Shown one piece after another: positions 1 to 7,826 of a stretch of 64,000 nt of DNA; position 1 is the stretch's first letter, and the number at the start of each line of letters is the position of its first letter. The translations under genes and the position numbers were made by a program. The DNA is taken from NCBI GenBank assembly GCA_004298615.1, contig SCPX01000056.1, positions 6,876 through 70,875 of the forward strand, given 5' to 3'. Under the pieces are notes generated by a model. That model was not told the origin of the DNA. It worked only from the letters and a program-made list of their open reading frames with translations, and made no database searches. Source of the DNA: Patescibacteria group bacterium. Lineage in GTDB: Bacteria; Patescibacteriota; Patescibacteriia; SCPX01.

Positions 1-36
1 CCAATGCGCCGGACAAGCGGTTAATTTTTCGCACCT

Positions 37-921
37 ATGAACGAAGATAAGCAAGTAAATGAAAATCAGCGCGAGGAAATGAAAGACGAGATTTATCACA
101 AAGAGCAAGAAATTGAGGAGGAAATTTCAGAGCTAAAGACAGAGCTGAAAGGCTATAAAAAGGCCATTCATCAATTGGATCGTGAAGGCCGCGGCTGGTT
201 TCGTTTTTGGATGATTCCTTTGGTAATAATTCTGGTTGGCGGCGGAATTTTAGGATTTATTTTTATTTCGCAATTCATCAAATACTACAATTTTGCCAAA
301 GAGGGGATACCGCTGGAAATTCTTTCGCAATCGTCCAGTCAATTCACTCAAACCCCGGGGATTAATCCGTCTTCTTCGTCATCTTCTTTGATTACGGCCG
401 CCAAGCTTGCGACCGCTGACGACCCAAGTCAAGGTAAGGAAAGCGCTAAAATTACTTTGGTGGAATTTTCCGATTTTCAGTGCCCGTATTCTGAAGAATC
501 GGCCGCGGTGGTCAAGCAATTGCTTCAAAGATATCCCGATGACATAAAATTGATTTATCGCGATTTTCCGGTGGATTCCATCCACTCTTTCGCGCGCAAA
601 GCGGCCGAGGCCGGCGCGTGCGCCCACGAGCAAGATAAATTTTGGGAATACCACGACAAGCTTTTTGAAAATCAGGAATCTTTAAATAATGAGGACAGCC
701 AAATTTTTTACAAAATCGCCAAAGATGTCGGATTGGACGAAAAGCTTTTCACGACCTGTTTCGGTTTTGGAAAATACAAATCGGAGGTAGAAGAAGATTA
801 TCAAGCCGGTGTTTCCGCCGGAGTGCGCGGCACACCTACCTGGTTTTTCAACGGCCAAAAAATCCAAGGCGCGCTTTCCTTGGAAACATTTGAAAAAATC
901 GCGCAGGAACTTTTAAAATAA
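37..921 (+). CDS. Membrane-anchored DsbA/BdbD-like thioredoxin-fold protein (CPYS active site)
   Basis: N-terminal TM helix; EFSDFQCPYS, YRDFP, A-A-CA-EQ-KFW and GV-GTPT motifs of DsbA-like oxidoreductases. Confidence 0.85.
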   Translation: MNEDKQVNENQREEMKDEIYHKEQEIEEEISELKTELKGYKKAIHQLDREGRGWFRFWMIPLVIILVGGGILGFIFISQFIKYYNFAKEGIPLEILSQSSSQFTQTPGINPSSSSSSLITAAKLATADDPSQGKESAKITLVEFSDFQCPYSEESAAVVKQLLQRYPDDIKLIYRDFPVDSIHSFARKAAEAGACAHEQDKFWEYHDKLFENQESLNNEDSQIFYKIAKDVGLDEKLFTTCFGFGKYKSEVEEDYQAGVSAGVRGTPTWFFNGQKIQGALSLETFEKIAQELLK

Positions 922-937
922 TATTGGCAAAAATTTT

Positions 938-2092
938 ATGCAGCCTTTGGCGAATAAAATAAGGCCGGAAAGCCTGAAAGAATTTGTCGGCCAAGGACAT
1001 TTGGCAGGGGATAATAAACCCCTCCGCATTGCTATTGAAAATAAGCATTTGTTCTCCTTTATTCTATGGGGGCCGCCCGGGGTTGGAAAAACCACGCTGG
1101 CGCGCATTTACGCCAATGAATTGGACGCGGAGTTTTTTGAATTGTCCGCCGTCTCGGCCGGAAAAGATGATATTAAAAAAATTGTCAAAAGCGATACGGG
1201 CGATAAACCCAAGGTTCTATTTTTGGACGAGATTCACCGATTCAATAAAGCTCAGCAAGATTTTCTGTTGCCGTTTGCGGAGACCGGAGAATTGACATTG
1301 ATCGGCGCTACGACTGAAAATCCGAGCTTTGAGGTGATTTCTCCTTTGCTTTCCCGCTGCCGCGTTTTTACTCTAAACGCATTATCGGATGAGGAAATGA
1401 AACAAATTATCGCGCGTGCCGATTTAAAAATGGACGATGAAGCGCGGGATTGGCTGATCAATATGGCCAATGGCGATGCCCGGCAGGCTATCACGATGCT
1501 GGAAAATACGGAAAAACTTTACAAAAAAATTACGATTGAAAATTTAAAAAATACTCTTCAATCAAAATTCTTGCGATATGACAAACAAGGCGAAGAACAT
1601 TATAATACCATTAGCGCTTTTATAAAAAGCATGAGAGCGAGCCAGCCGGACGCCGCTTTGTATTATTTGGCGCGGATGATTGATTCCGGAGAAGATCCGA
1701 AATTCATCGCGCGGCGGATGGTGGTTTTTGCGAGCGAGGATATCGGTATGGCCCAGCCCACGGCTCTGGTGGTCGCCAATGGAGTATTTGAGGCCGTGGA
1801 AAAAATCGGTTTGCCCGAATGCGGCATTAATCTGGCGCATGGCGTGGTATATTTATCAACTTGCAAAAAGGACAGAGGAGCGTATGAGGCGTATATGTCG
1901 GCTATGGAAGATGTGAAAGCGCACGGCAATCTGCCAGTGCCTCTGAAAATCCGCAACGCTCCAACTAAATTGATGAAAGAATTGGAATACGGCAAAGGCT
2001 ACGAAAAATACACTAAAGAGGATTTATTGCCGGAAAAACTAAAAGGGAGAAAGTATTACGGCAAAACATCAATCTCTAATTCGCGCGAATAG
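938..2092 (+). CDS. rarA: Replication-associated recombination protein A (RarA/MgsA AAA+ ATPase)
   Basis: PLA..RP, GPPGVGKT Walker A, LDEIHRFNKAQQD, GATTENPSF, ISAFIKS.R.S, ASEDIG. Confidence 0.95.
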   Translation: MQPLANKIRPESLKEFVGQGHLAGDNKPLRIAIENKHLFSFILWGPPGVGKTTLARIYANELDAEFFELSAVSAGKDDIKKIVKSDTGDKPKVLFLDEIHRFNKAQQDFLLPFAETGELTLIGATTENPSFEVISPLLSRCRVFTLNALSDEEMKQIIARADLKMDDEARDWLINMANGDARQAITMLENTEKLYKKITIENLKNTLQSKFLRYDKQGEEHYNTISAFIKSMRASQPDAALYYLARMIDSGEDPKFIARRMVVFASEDIGMAQPTALVVANGVFEAVEKIGLPECGINLAHGVVYLSTCKKDRGAYEAYMSAMEDVKAHGNLPVPLKIRNAPTKLMKELEYGKGYEKYTKEDLLPEKLKGRKYYGKTSISNSRE

Positions 2093-2104
2093 GCGAATAG
2101 TTTT

Positions 2105-3817
2105 ATGAAAAAATTCTTAATTTTTTTGATCATTGTTTTTGGGTTATTTGTTTCCGCAAATGTTTTTGCCGCGGAGAAGATTAATTCTTTTGCCGCTGAA
2201 ATAAATATCAATACAGATGCGAGTATCAATGTTTCCGAACGGATTGAATATGATTTCGGGTCAGCTCAAAAACACGGCATTTTCAGGGCTATCCCAATAA
2301 AATATCTAGCGCGAGGCGGGAGTTTCGCTTTGCGAATTTCCGATATTTCCGTTGCTGATGTAAAAGGCGCTCCGTATCAATTTACTACCTCATATCCGGG
2401 AAATAATATTCAAATAAAAATCGGCGATCCGAATATTGAAATTGCCGGCCGGCATATTTACATTATCCATTACACCATCAAGCGCGCGATAAATTTTTTC
2501 AATGATCACGACGAACTTTATTGGAATATTACGGGCAATGATTGGCCGGTAGCAATCGGTAGCGCTTCGGCCAAGATTATTTTGCCGCAAAAAATTGCCG
2601 GCGCTGATATCCAATCCGATTGTTTTGCCGGACCTTTTGGCAGTACGGAAAAGTGCAATTCAATGCTAAAAGGGCTGGGCCAAATAGATTCGGTCAGCTT
2701 CAATGAAAATCAATTGGCAGTTAATAACGGATTAACTATTGTGGTCGGTTTTCCAAAAGGAATGGTAATTAAGCCGAGCGTTTTGGTAAGTGCCGTAGAC
2801 TCGATAAGGGACAATAAAGGAATTTTATTTCCGATTTTTGTTCTTGTTGTTTATTTTGGTATGTGGTATAGGCGTAGGCGGTACCTAACTGATTGCGGGC
2901 CAACTATCGCGCAGTACGATCCGCCAGAGAATCTTTCGCCGGCTGAAGCAGGAATTTTGTGGCACGAACGGAGATGGGCAAGAGCCTCTAATATTGTTGC
3001 TGAAATTATTCATTTAGCCATTAAGGGTTATATCAAAATAATAAAAAAAGAAAATGGTGATTATGTATTAGAGTTGTTGCGCGATGATTTGCATGACCTG
3101 ACTGATTGTCAAAAAGAGATAATACAAGAAATAATATTAAAAAATGGGACTGATAAGAAGATCGCCCTTTCTCGCGTCGCTTTAAATTTAGAGAGCATAA
3201 TTTATTATCTTAATAACTGTTTTATAAATAATCTTATTAAAAATGGATATTTTTCCATATTTTATCGTCGCATTAATCAGATTGGATCAATTATTAGCTT
3301 TCTCCTTATAATCCCAAGTTTTGCTATTGGGATGATAGTTTTAGGCGGATTTATAACCGGTGCTTTAAGTTTCTTTAGCGCTATGATTATAATTTTTATT
3401 TTTAGTGCTTTTATGCTTACAACGAAATCTAAAGAAGGGGTTAAAGCCATTTGGTATATTGCGGGTTTGAAAATGTATATTGAGGTGGCGGAGGAGAGAC
3501 GAATACAATTTCATAATGCACCGGATAGAAATCCAGAACATTTTGAAAAGCTTTTGCCCTACGCTATAGCTTTAGGATTAGAAAAGCGGTGGGCGCAACA
3601 GTTCGTCGATGTATACACGCAAGCTCCAATGTGGTATGTTGACGACAAAATGAATCATTTCAATGTTAATAAGTTTGCGACAAGTGTTGCTTCCGTGAGG
3701 ATGTTGGGCGCTAATACTCTTCCAGAGTCTAGTGGAGCAAGCAGTGGGCGTAGTGGATTGAGCGGCGGCGGGGGATCGGGCGGCGGTTTTGGCGGTGGCG
3801 GTGGAAGGAGTTGGTGA
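2105..3817 (+). CDS. DUF2207 family membrane protein (paralog 1)
   Basis: Signal peptide, HGIFR.IP, DELYWNITG..W, FEKLLPYAIALG, Gly-rich tail ending in W. Confidence 0.85.
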   Translation: MKKFLIFLIIVFGLFVSANVFAAEKINSFAAEININTDASINVSERIEYDFGSAQKHGIFRAIPIKYLARGGSFALRISDISVADVKGAPYQFTTSYPGNNIQIKIGDPNIEIAGRHIYIIHYTIKRAINFFNDHDELYWNITGNDWPVAIGSASAKIILPQKIAGADIQSDCFAGPFGSTEKCNSMLKGLGQIDSVSFNENQLAVNNGLTIVVGFPKGMVIKPSVLVSAVDSIRDNKGILFPIFVLVVYFGMWYRRRRYLTDCGPTIAQYDPPENLSPAEAGILWHERRWARASNIVAEIIHLAIKGYIKIIKKENGDYVLELLRDDLHDLTDCQKEIIQEIILKNGTDKKIALSRVALNLESIIYYLNNCFINNLIKNGYFSIFYRRINQIGSIISFLLIIPSFAIGMIVLGGFITGALSFFSAMIIIFIFSAFMLTTKSKEGVKAIWYIAGLKMYIEVAEERRIQFHNAPDRNPEHFEKLLPYAIALGLEKRWAQQFVDVYTQAPMWYVDDKMNHFNVNKFATSVASVRMLGANTLPESSGASSGRSGLSGGGGSGGGFGGGGGRSW

Positions 3818-3893
3818 AGAAACATTAATTGATAAATTTTATATATATTATGATAAAAAAATACAGAATAAAAAATATTGGAATAGAAGAAAT

Positions 3894-5603
3894 ATGATTA
3901 AATATTTAAGAAAAATATTTATTTTCACCTTTCTTGCCTTCGGTTTATTTATTTCCCCAAACGCTTTTGCCGCGGAAAAGATTAATTCCTTTGACGCTGA
4001 AATAAAAATCAATGCTGACGCGAGCATAAATGTTTCCGAACGGATTGAGTATGATTTCGGGTCAGCTCAAAAACATGGGATTTTCAGGGATATTCCGATA
4101 AAATACCAAGCCAGAGGAGGAAACTTCGCTTTGCGAATTTCCGATATTTCCGTAAACGATGAGAAAGGAACGCCGAATAAATTTACAACATCATATCCGG
4201 GCGACAACATTCAAATCAAAATCGGCGATCCGAATATTGAGATTACCGGCCGGCATATTTATATTATAAACTATACGATTAAACGCGCGATAAATTATTT
4301 TGATAATCACGATGAATTGTATTGGAATATTACGGGTAATGATTGGCCGGTGGCGATCGGCAGCGCTTCGGCCAAGATTATTTTTCCGCAAAAAATTGCC
4401 AGCGCTGATATCCAATCCGATTGTTTTGCCGGACCTTTCGGCAGCACGATAAGATGCAATTCCGATTTTATGCAATCCGGCATGACCAATTATGTTGGTT
4501 TTGATAATAATCAGTTGTCCGCATATAACGGATTAACCATTGTCGTCGGATTTCCCAAAGGAATCGTGATAAAACCGAGTAATTTTGAAGTTGCTTTGGA
4601 AACGGCCAAGGATAATTGGATAATCGGTTTGCCGATTATCGTTTTGATCGTTTGTTTTTATTTATGGTACACGCGCGGACGGGATCCGGCCGGCCGGGGC
4701 ATTATTATCGCCCAGTACGATTCGCCGGACAATCTGACTCCGGCCGAGGTGGGGACAATCGCGGACGAACACGCGCAGAATAAAGACATAACCGCCGAGA
4801 TAATTTTCTTGGCAACGCTCGGTTATTTGAAAATCAGACAAACTGAAAATAAAATTTTAATTTTCAAATCAAAAGATTACGAATTGGAAATAATTAAAAA
4901 CGATTTCAGCCAACTCAATGATTTTCAAAAGACAATAATGAATGGATTGTCCAAGGAGGCGGCCGCTCAAATAGTAAAATTATCTGATCTGAAAAATAAA
5001 TTTTACAAAGATCTGAAAGAAGCTAAAGATAAAGTTTATCAATCCGTAGCCGAAAAGGGTTATTTTAAGACTAACCCCAATAAAATCAGGGGAATATTCG
5101 CTCTCATCGGCGTGCCAATGATTATGCTGGGATTTTTTCTTGGAGGTTTTTTTGGCGCAATCGGGACAATCAGTCTGGCCGTATCAGGCGCTGTTTTGGT
5201 GATATTCGGTTATATTATTCCGGCGCGCACCAAAAAAGGAGTGGAGACAAAAGAGCACATTTTGGGACTCAAATTATATATGTCGGTGGCGGAAGCGCGG
5301 CGTTTGGAATTCCATAACGCTCCGGAAAAGAAGCCGGAAGTTTTTGAAAAACTTTTACCGTACGCGATGGCGCTGGGGGTGGAAAAACAATGGGCCAAGC
5401 AATTTGAAGGAATATATGATCAGCAGCCAAGTTGGTATCAGGGATCGGCCGGGGCTTTTAACGCCGTTATGTTTACCAGTATTATGAGCGATTTTTCGCA
5501 TTCGGCCAATTCAACAATGGCATCATCGCCTGGAGGCGGAAGCGGTTTTTCCGGAGGAGGTTCGGGCGGCGGGGGAGGCGGCGGCGGGGGAGGGAGCTGG
5601 TGA
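3894..5603 (+). CDS. DUF2207 family membrane protein (paralog 2)
   Basis: Same motifs plus GRDP; GGGGSW C-terminus; ATG 3894 chosen because it gives a signal peptide aligning with paralog 1. Confidence 0.88.
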   Translation: MIKYLRKIFIFTFLAFGLFISPNAFAAEKINSFDAEIKINADASINVSERIEYDFGSAQKHGIFRDIPIKYQARGGNFALRISDISVNDEKGTPNKFTTSYPGDNIQIKIGDPNIEITGRHIYIINYTIKRAINYFDNHDELYWNITGNDWPVAIGSASAKIIFPQKIASADIQSDCFAGPFGSTIRCNSDFMQSGMTNYVGFDNNQLSAYNGLTIVVGFPKGIVIKPSNFEVALETAKDNWIIGLPIIVLIVCFYLWYTRGRDPAGRGIIIAQYDSPDNLTPAEVGTIADEHAQNKDITAEIIFLATLGYLKIRQTENKILIFKSKDYELEIIKNDFSQLNDFQKTIMNGLSKEAAAQIVKLSDLKNKFYKDLKEAKDKVYQSVAEKGYFKTNPNKIRGIFALIGVPMIMLGFFLGGFFGAIGTISLAVSGAVLVIFGYIIPARTKKGVETKEHILGLKLYMSVAEARRLEFHNAPEKKPEVFEKLLPYAMALGVEKQWAKQFEGIYDQQPSWYQGSAGAFNAVMFTSIMSDFSHSANSTMASSPGGGSGFSGGGSGGGGGGGGGGSW

Positions 5604-5604
5604 G

Positions 5605-5967
5605 CTAATTTCCGCATTTGCGGCATTGGCCGTATAAATAGATTTGAAAGTTTTGGACTTTGCCGATCTTGGTCTTTTTATTGATTAGCGAGATATTTTT
5701 ATCAAAAACATCGTAGATTTTGCCGCAGTCTTGGCAGACAAAATGCGCGTGGGGAGAGGTGTCCGCGTCAAACCGCGCCGGTTCTTTTGCCACTTCAATA
5801 ATCTCTCCTTTTTGTTTGAGAGTATTCAGAATCCGGTAGATTGTCCCATGGCTGATTGTCGGCAGTTTTTTCCTAACGGCTGAAAAAATAATCTCGGCCG
5901 ACGGGTGGGTCTTTACGCCTTTAAGATATTCCAAAACAGCTTGTTTTTGGATAGTGGAACGTTCCAT
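5605..5967 (-). CDS. perR: Fur-family transcriptional regulator, PerR-like
   Basis: HPSAE, TIYR.L, H.HFVC..C and C..C motifs; downstream of ahpC on the same strand. Confidence 0.8.
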   Translation of the reverse strand: MERSTIQKQAVLEYLKGVKTHPSAEIIFSAVRKKLPTISHGTIYRILNTLKQKGEIIEVAKEPARFDADTSPHAHFVCQDCGKIYDVFDKNISLINKKTKIGKVQNFQIYLYGQCRKCGN

Positions 5968-6040
5968 ATTGCTTGATGATTACCAAATCATGACCATTCG
6001 GGATCCTGTCGCCGCGGCACCCCTCATTTAGGCAACCGAA

Positions 6041-6604
6041 TTATATTTTGCCAACCAAATCCAGCCCGGGCTTCAGAGTTTTTTCTCCCGGATGCCAGCT
6101 GGCCGGACAGACCAGACCTTTATTTTCCCGCACGAATTTCGCGGCTTGAAGTTTTCTCAAAATCTCGGCGCCTGATCGGCCGATGCTGTTGTCGTGAATA
6201 TCGCTTGCTTTAAGTACGCCATCCGGATCAATGATGAATGTCCCGCGCAAAGACAAGCCCTCATTTTCCAGATAGGTGCCGAAAGCGCGGCATAAATTTC
6301 CGGTCGGATCGGCCATCATCGGGTATTTGATTTTTTTAATGACCGCTGAAGCGTCATGCCACGCCTTGTGAGTAAAAACCGTGTCTGTACTCACGCTTAG
6401 GATCTCCGCTTCGTTTTTCTGGAATTCCGGATAAAGATCGGCCGCTTCCCCCAATTCGGTGGGGCAGATAAATGTAAAATCAGCCGGATAAAATAGAAGC
6501 ACGAGCCATTTTCCCCGGTAATCAGAGAGCTTTATTTTTTTAATTTCTTCTTCGTGATAAGCGTCTGATTCAAAATCGCTTATTTTTTGGCCTATTGCTG
6601 TCAT
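6041..6604 (-). CDS. ahpC: 2-Cys peroxiredoxin (alkyl hydroperoxide reductase C)
   Basis: FYPADFTFICPTE and VCPASW motifs; alternative ATG at 6613. Confidence 0.95.
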   Translation of the reverse strand: MTAIGQKISDFESDAYHEEEIKKIKLSDYRGKWLVLLFYPADFTFICPTELGEAADLYPEFQKNEAEILSVSTDTVFTHKAWHDASAVIKKIKYPMMADPTGNLCRAFGTYLENEGLSLRGTFIIDPDGVLKASDIHDNSIGRSGAEILRKLQAAKFVRENKGLVCPASWHPGEKTLKPGLDLVGKI

Positions 6605-6659
6605 AAAATGCATTTGACGATTTAATAATAATGTATCGTAATCGCTAATAACTTCTTAT

Positions 6660-6708
6660 TAGTAATAATTCTTAATTACATTTTATTATTATTTATTGTT
6701 TTTGTCAA
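6660..6708 (-). promoter_or_regulatory. Sigma70-type promoter of ahpC-perR with possible Fur/Per box
   Basis: Minus strand TTGACA (6708-6703), 17 bp, TAAAAT (6685-6680); imperfect 7-1-7 TAGTAAT-A-ATTCTTA at 6660-6674 near the predicted start site. Confidence 0.55.
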
Positions 6709-6737
6709 GCTATCGGCTTGTTAACAAAATGGCGAAA

Positions 6738-6757
6738 TTATGCACAGTTTATCCACA
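6738..6757 (+). promoter_or_regulatory. Two tandem DnaA-box-like sites
   Basis: TTATGCACA (6738-6746) and perfect TTATCCACA (6749-6757). Confidence 0.5.
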
Positions 6758-6766
6758 GAAAAGGGC

Positions 6767-6796
6767 TTGACAACGGTAAAACTTCAGGAATATACT
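6767..6796 (+). promoter_or_regulatory. Sigma70-type promoter of the surface-protein operon
   Basis: TTGACA (6767-6772), 18 bp, TATACT (6791-6796). Confidence 0.65.
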
Positions 6797-6870
6797 GAAA
6801 TTGAATTTCTTTCAACAATTTAAAAAATAAAATTAAAACAATAGAATCATTTTTTAAACAATTCTTAAAC

Positions 6871-7125
6871 AATACTAACCAACCGAATTTGTTTGAAGAT
6901 TTGTCGAAGTGCTCTTGAAGCTTAGTAAGCGAAAAGAGCAGAGGGACGCGGCAAAACAAAAACATTCCTATTTTTAGGTTGGTTTTTGTATTTTCTGAAA
7001 ATTTATAAAGCCAACCTGATAACGGTTGGTTTTTTTATTGCAGTCAAACGCCTCCTCTTGAAATTTCAAGGGGGAGGGAAGGCGCTTGGCCGTAATTAGT
7101 GGCCATTAAAGGTCGAGATTTGTTC
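6871..7125 (+). ncRNA. Putative structured cis-regulatory leader RNA, copy 1 (unknown family)
   Basis: Blocks shared with 12191-12504: AACCAA..GGTTGGTT stem, TTGTCR/YGGCAA stem, AACAAAAACA, TTGCRGTCAA/TTGGCCGYAA stem, GCCATYAAAGGTCG. Confidence 0.55.
7007..7036 (+). terminator. Intrinsic terminator inside the 5' leader (attenuator)
   Basis: AAAGCCAACC-tgataac-GGTTGGTTTTTTT hairpin plus T tract, upstream of the first ORF. Confidence 0.65.
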
Positions 7126-7167
7126 ATTATTCAATTCAATCATTATTATTAAATACATCTCAAATAT

Positions 7168-7746
7168 ATGAAAAAACTATTTAAAGCATTGGCGGCGACA
7201 TCAATTTTGTCGCTTGCCCTGGCGTTTTCCATTCTACCGGCGCTGGCTTATGGATTTGATTTTGATAATCTTCGCATTGTCAAAATTAAAAACACCAATA
7301 AAGCTTATGTCAATAATATGGTCGCGGGCGCTTCAAGTACTGGCGACAATAGCGCGGCTGGCGGAGATGGAGGAAAAGTATATGACGATGGCACGGGCGG
7401 AGACGGCGGTACGGGAGTAATCCTGTCCGGCGATGCCGATGCTGCGGCTAAAACGAAAGTCTATGCTAATGAAACAAGCACGGATGTTACCGGAACTGAT
7501 TGCGGGTGTGATGACACTATGGAAGTAATCAAGGTGAGCAATTACAATAAAGCCAAAGTGAATAACATGGTGCTTGCGGCATCTTCAAGCGGAGGCAATA
7601 GCGCCTCGGGCGGCGATGGCGGCAAAGTGAAAGATGACGGGCAAGGCGGAGCCGGCGGCGATGCGATTGTTGAAACCGGCAGCGCGAGCAGCTGGGCTGC
7701 CTCAATGACTGTTGTCAATTCCACAACGACAACCATTGATCCGTAG
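7168..7746 (+). CDS. Secreted Asn/Gly-rich two-repeat protein (beta-solenoid/amyloid-like)
   Basis: Signal peptide; two ~70-aa repeats N-x-N-K-A-x-V-N-N...G-x-N-S-A-x-GGDGG...G-x-A...N. Confidence 0.75.
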   Translation: MKKLFKALAATSILSLALAFSILPALAYGFDFDNLRIVKIKNTNKAYVNNMVAGASSTGDNSAAGGDGGKVYDDGTGGDGGTGVILSGDADAAAKTKVYANETSTDVTGTDCGCDDTMEVIKVSNYNKAKVNNMVLAASSSGGNSASGGDGGKVKDDGQGGAGGDAIVETGSASSWAASMTVVNSTTTTIDP

Positions 7747-7826
7747 AACGCTCTTGAATGGTCCCCTGGTAATACTCGGGGCCATTTCAAGTAAGCGCTC
7801 AAAGGTTGGTTGAGCGCTTACTTGAG

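Noticed and set aside
3789-3893. N-terminal extension of DUF2207 paralog 2 from the ORF track
   Set aside because: It overlaps the upstream gene; ATG 3894 gives a proper signal peptide.
6700-6870. Replication origin
   Set aside because: Only two DnaA boxes, no dnaA/dnaN nearby, and the region is explained by divergent promoters.
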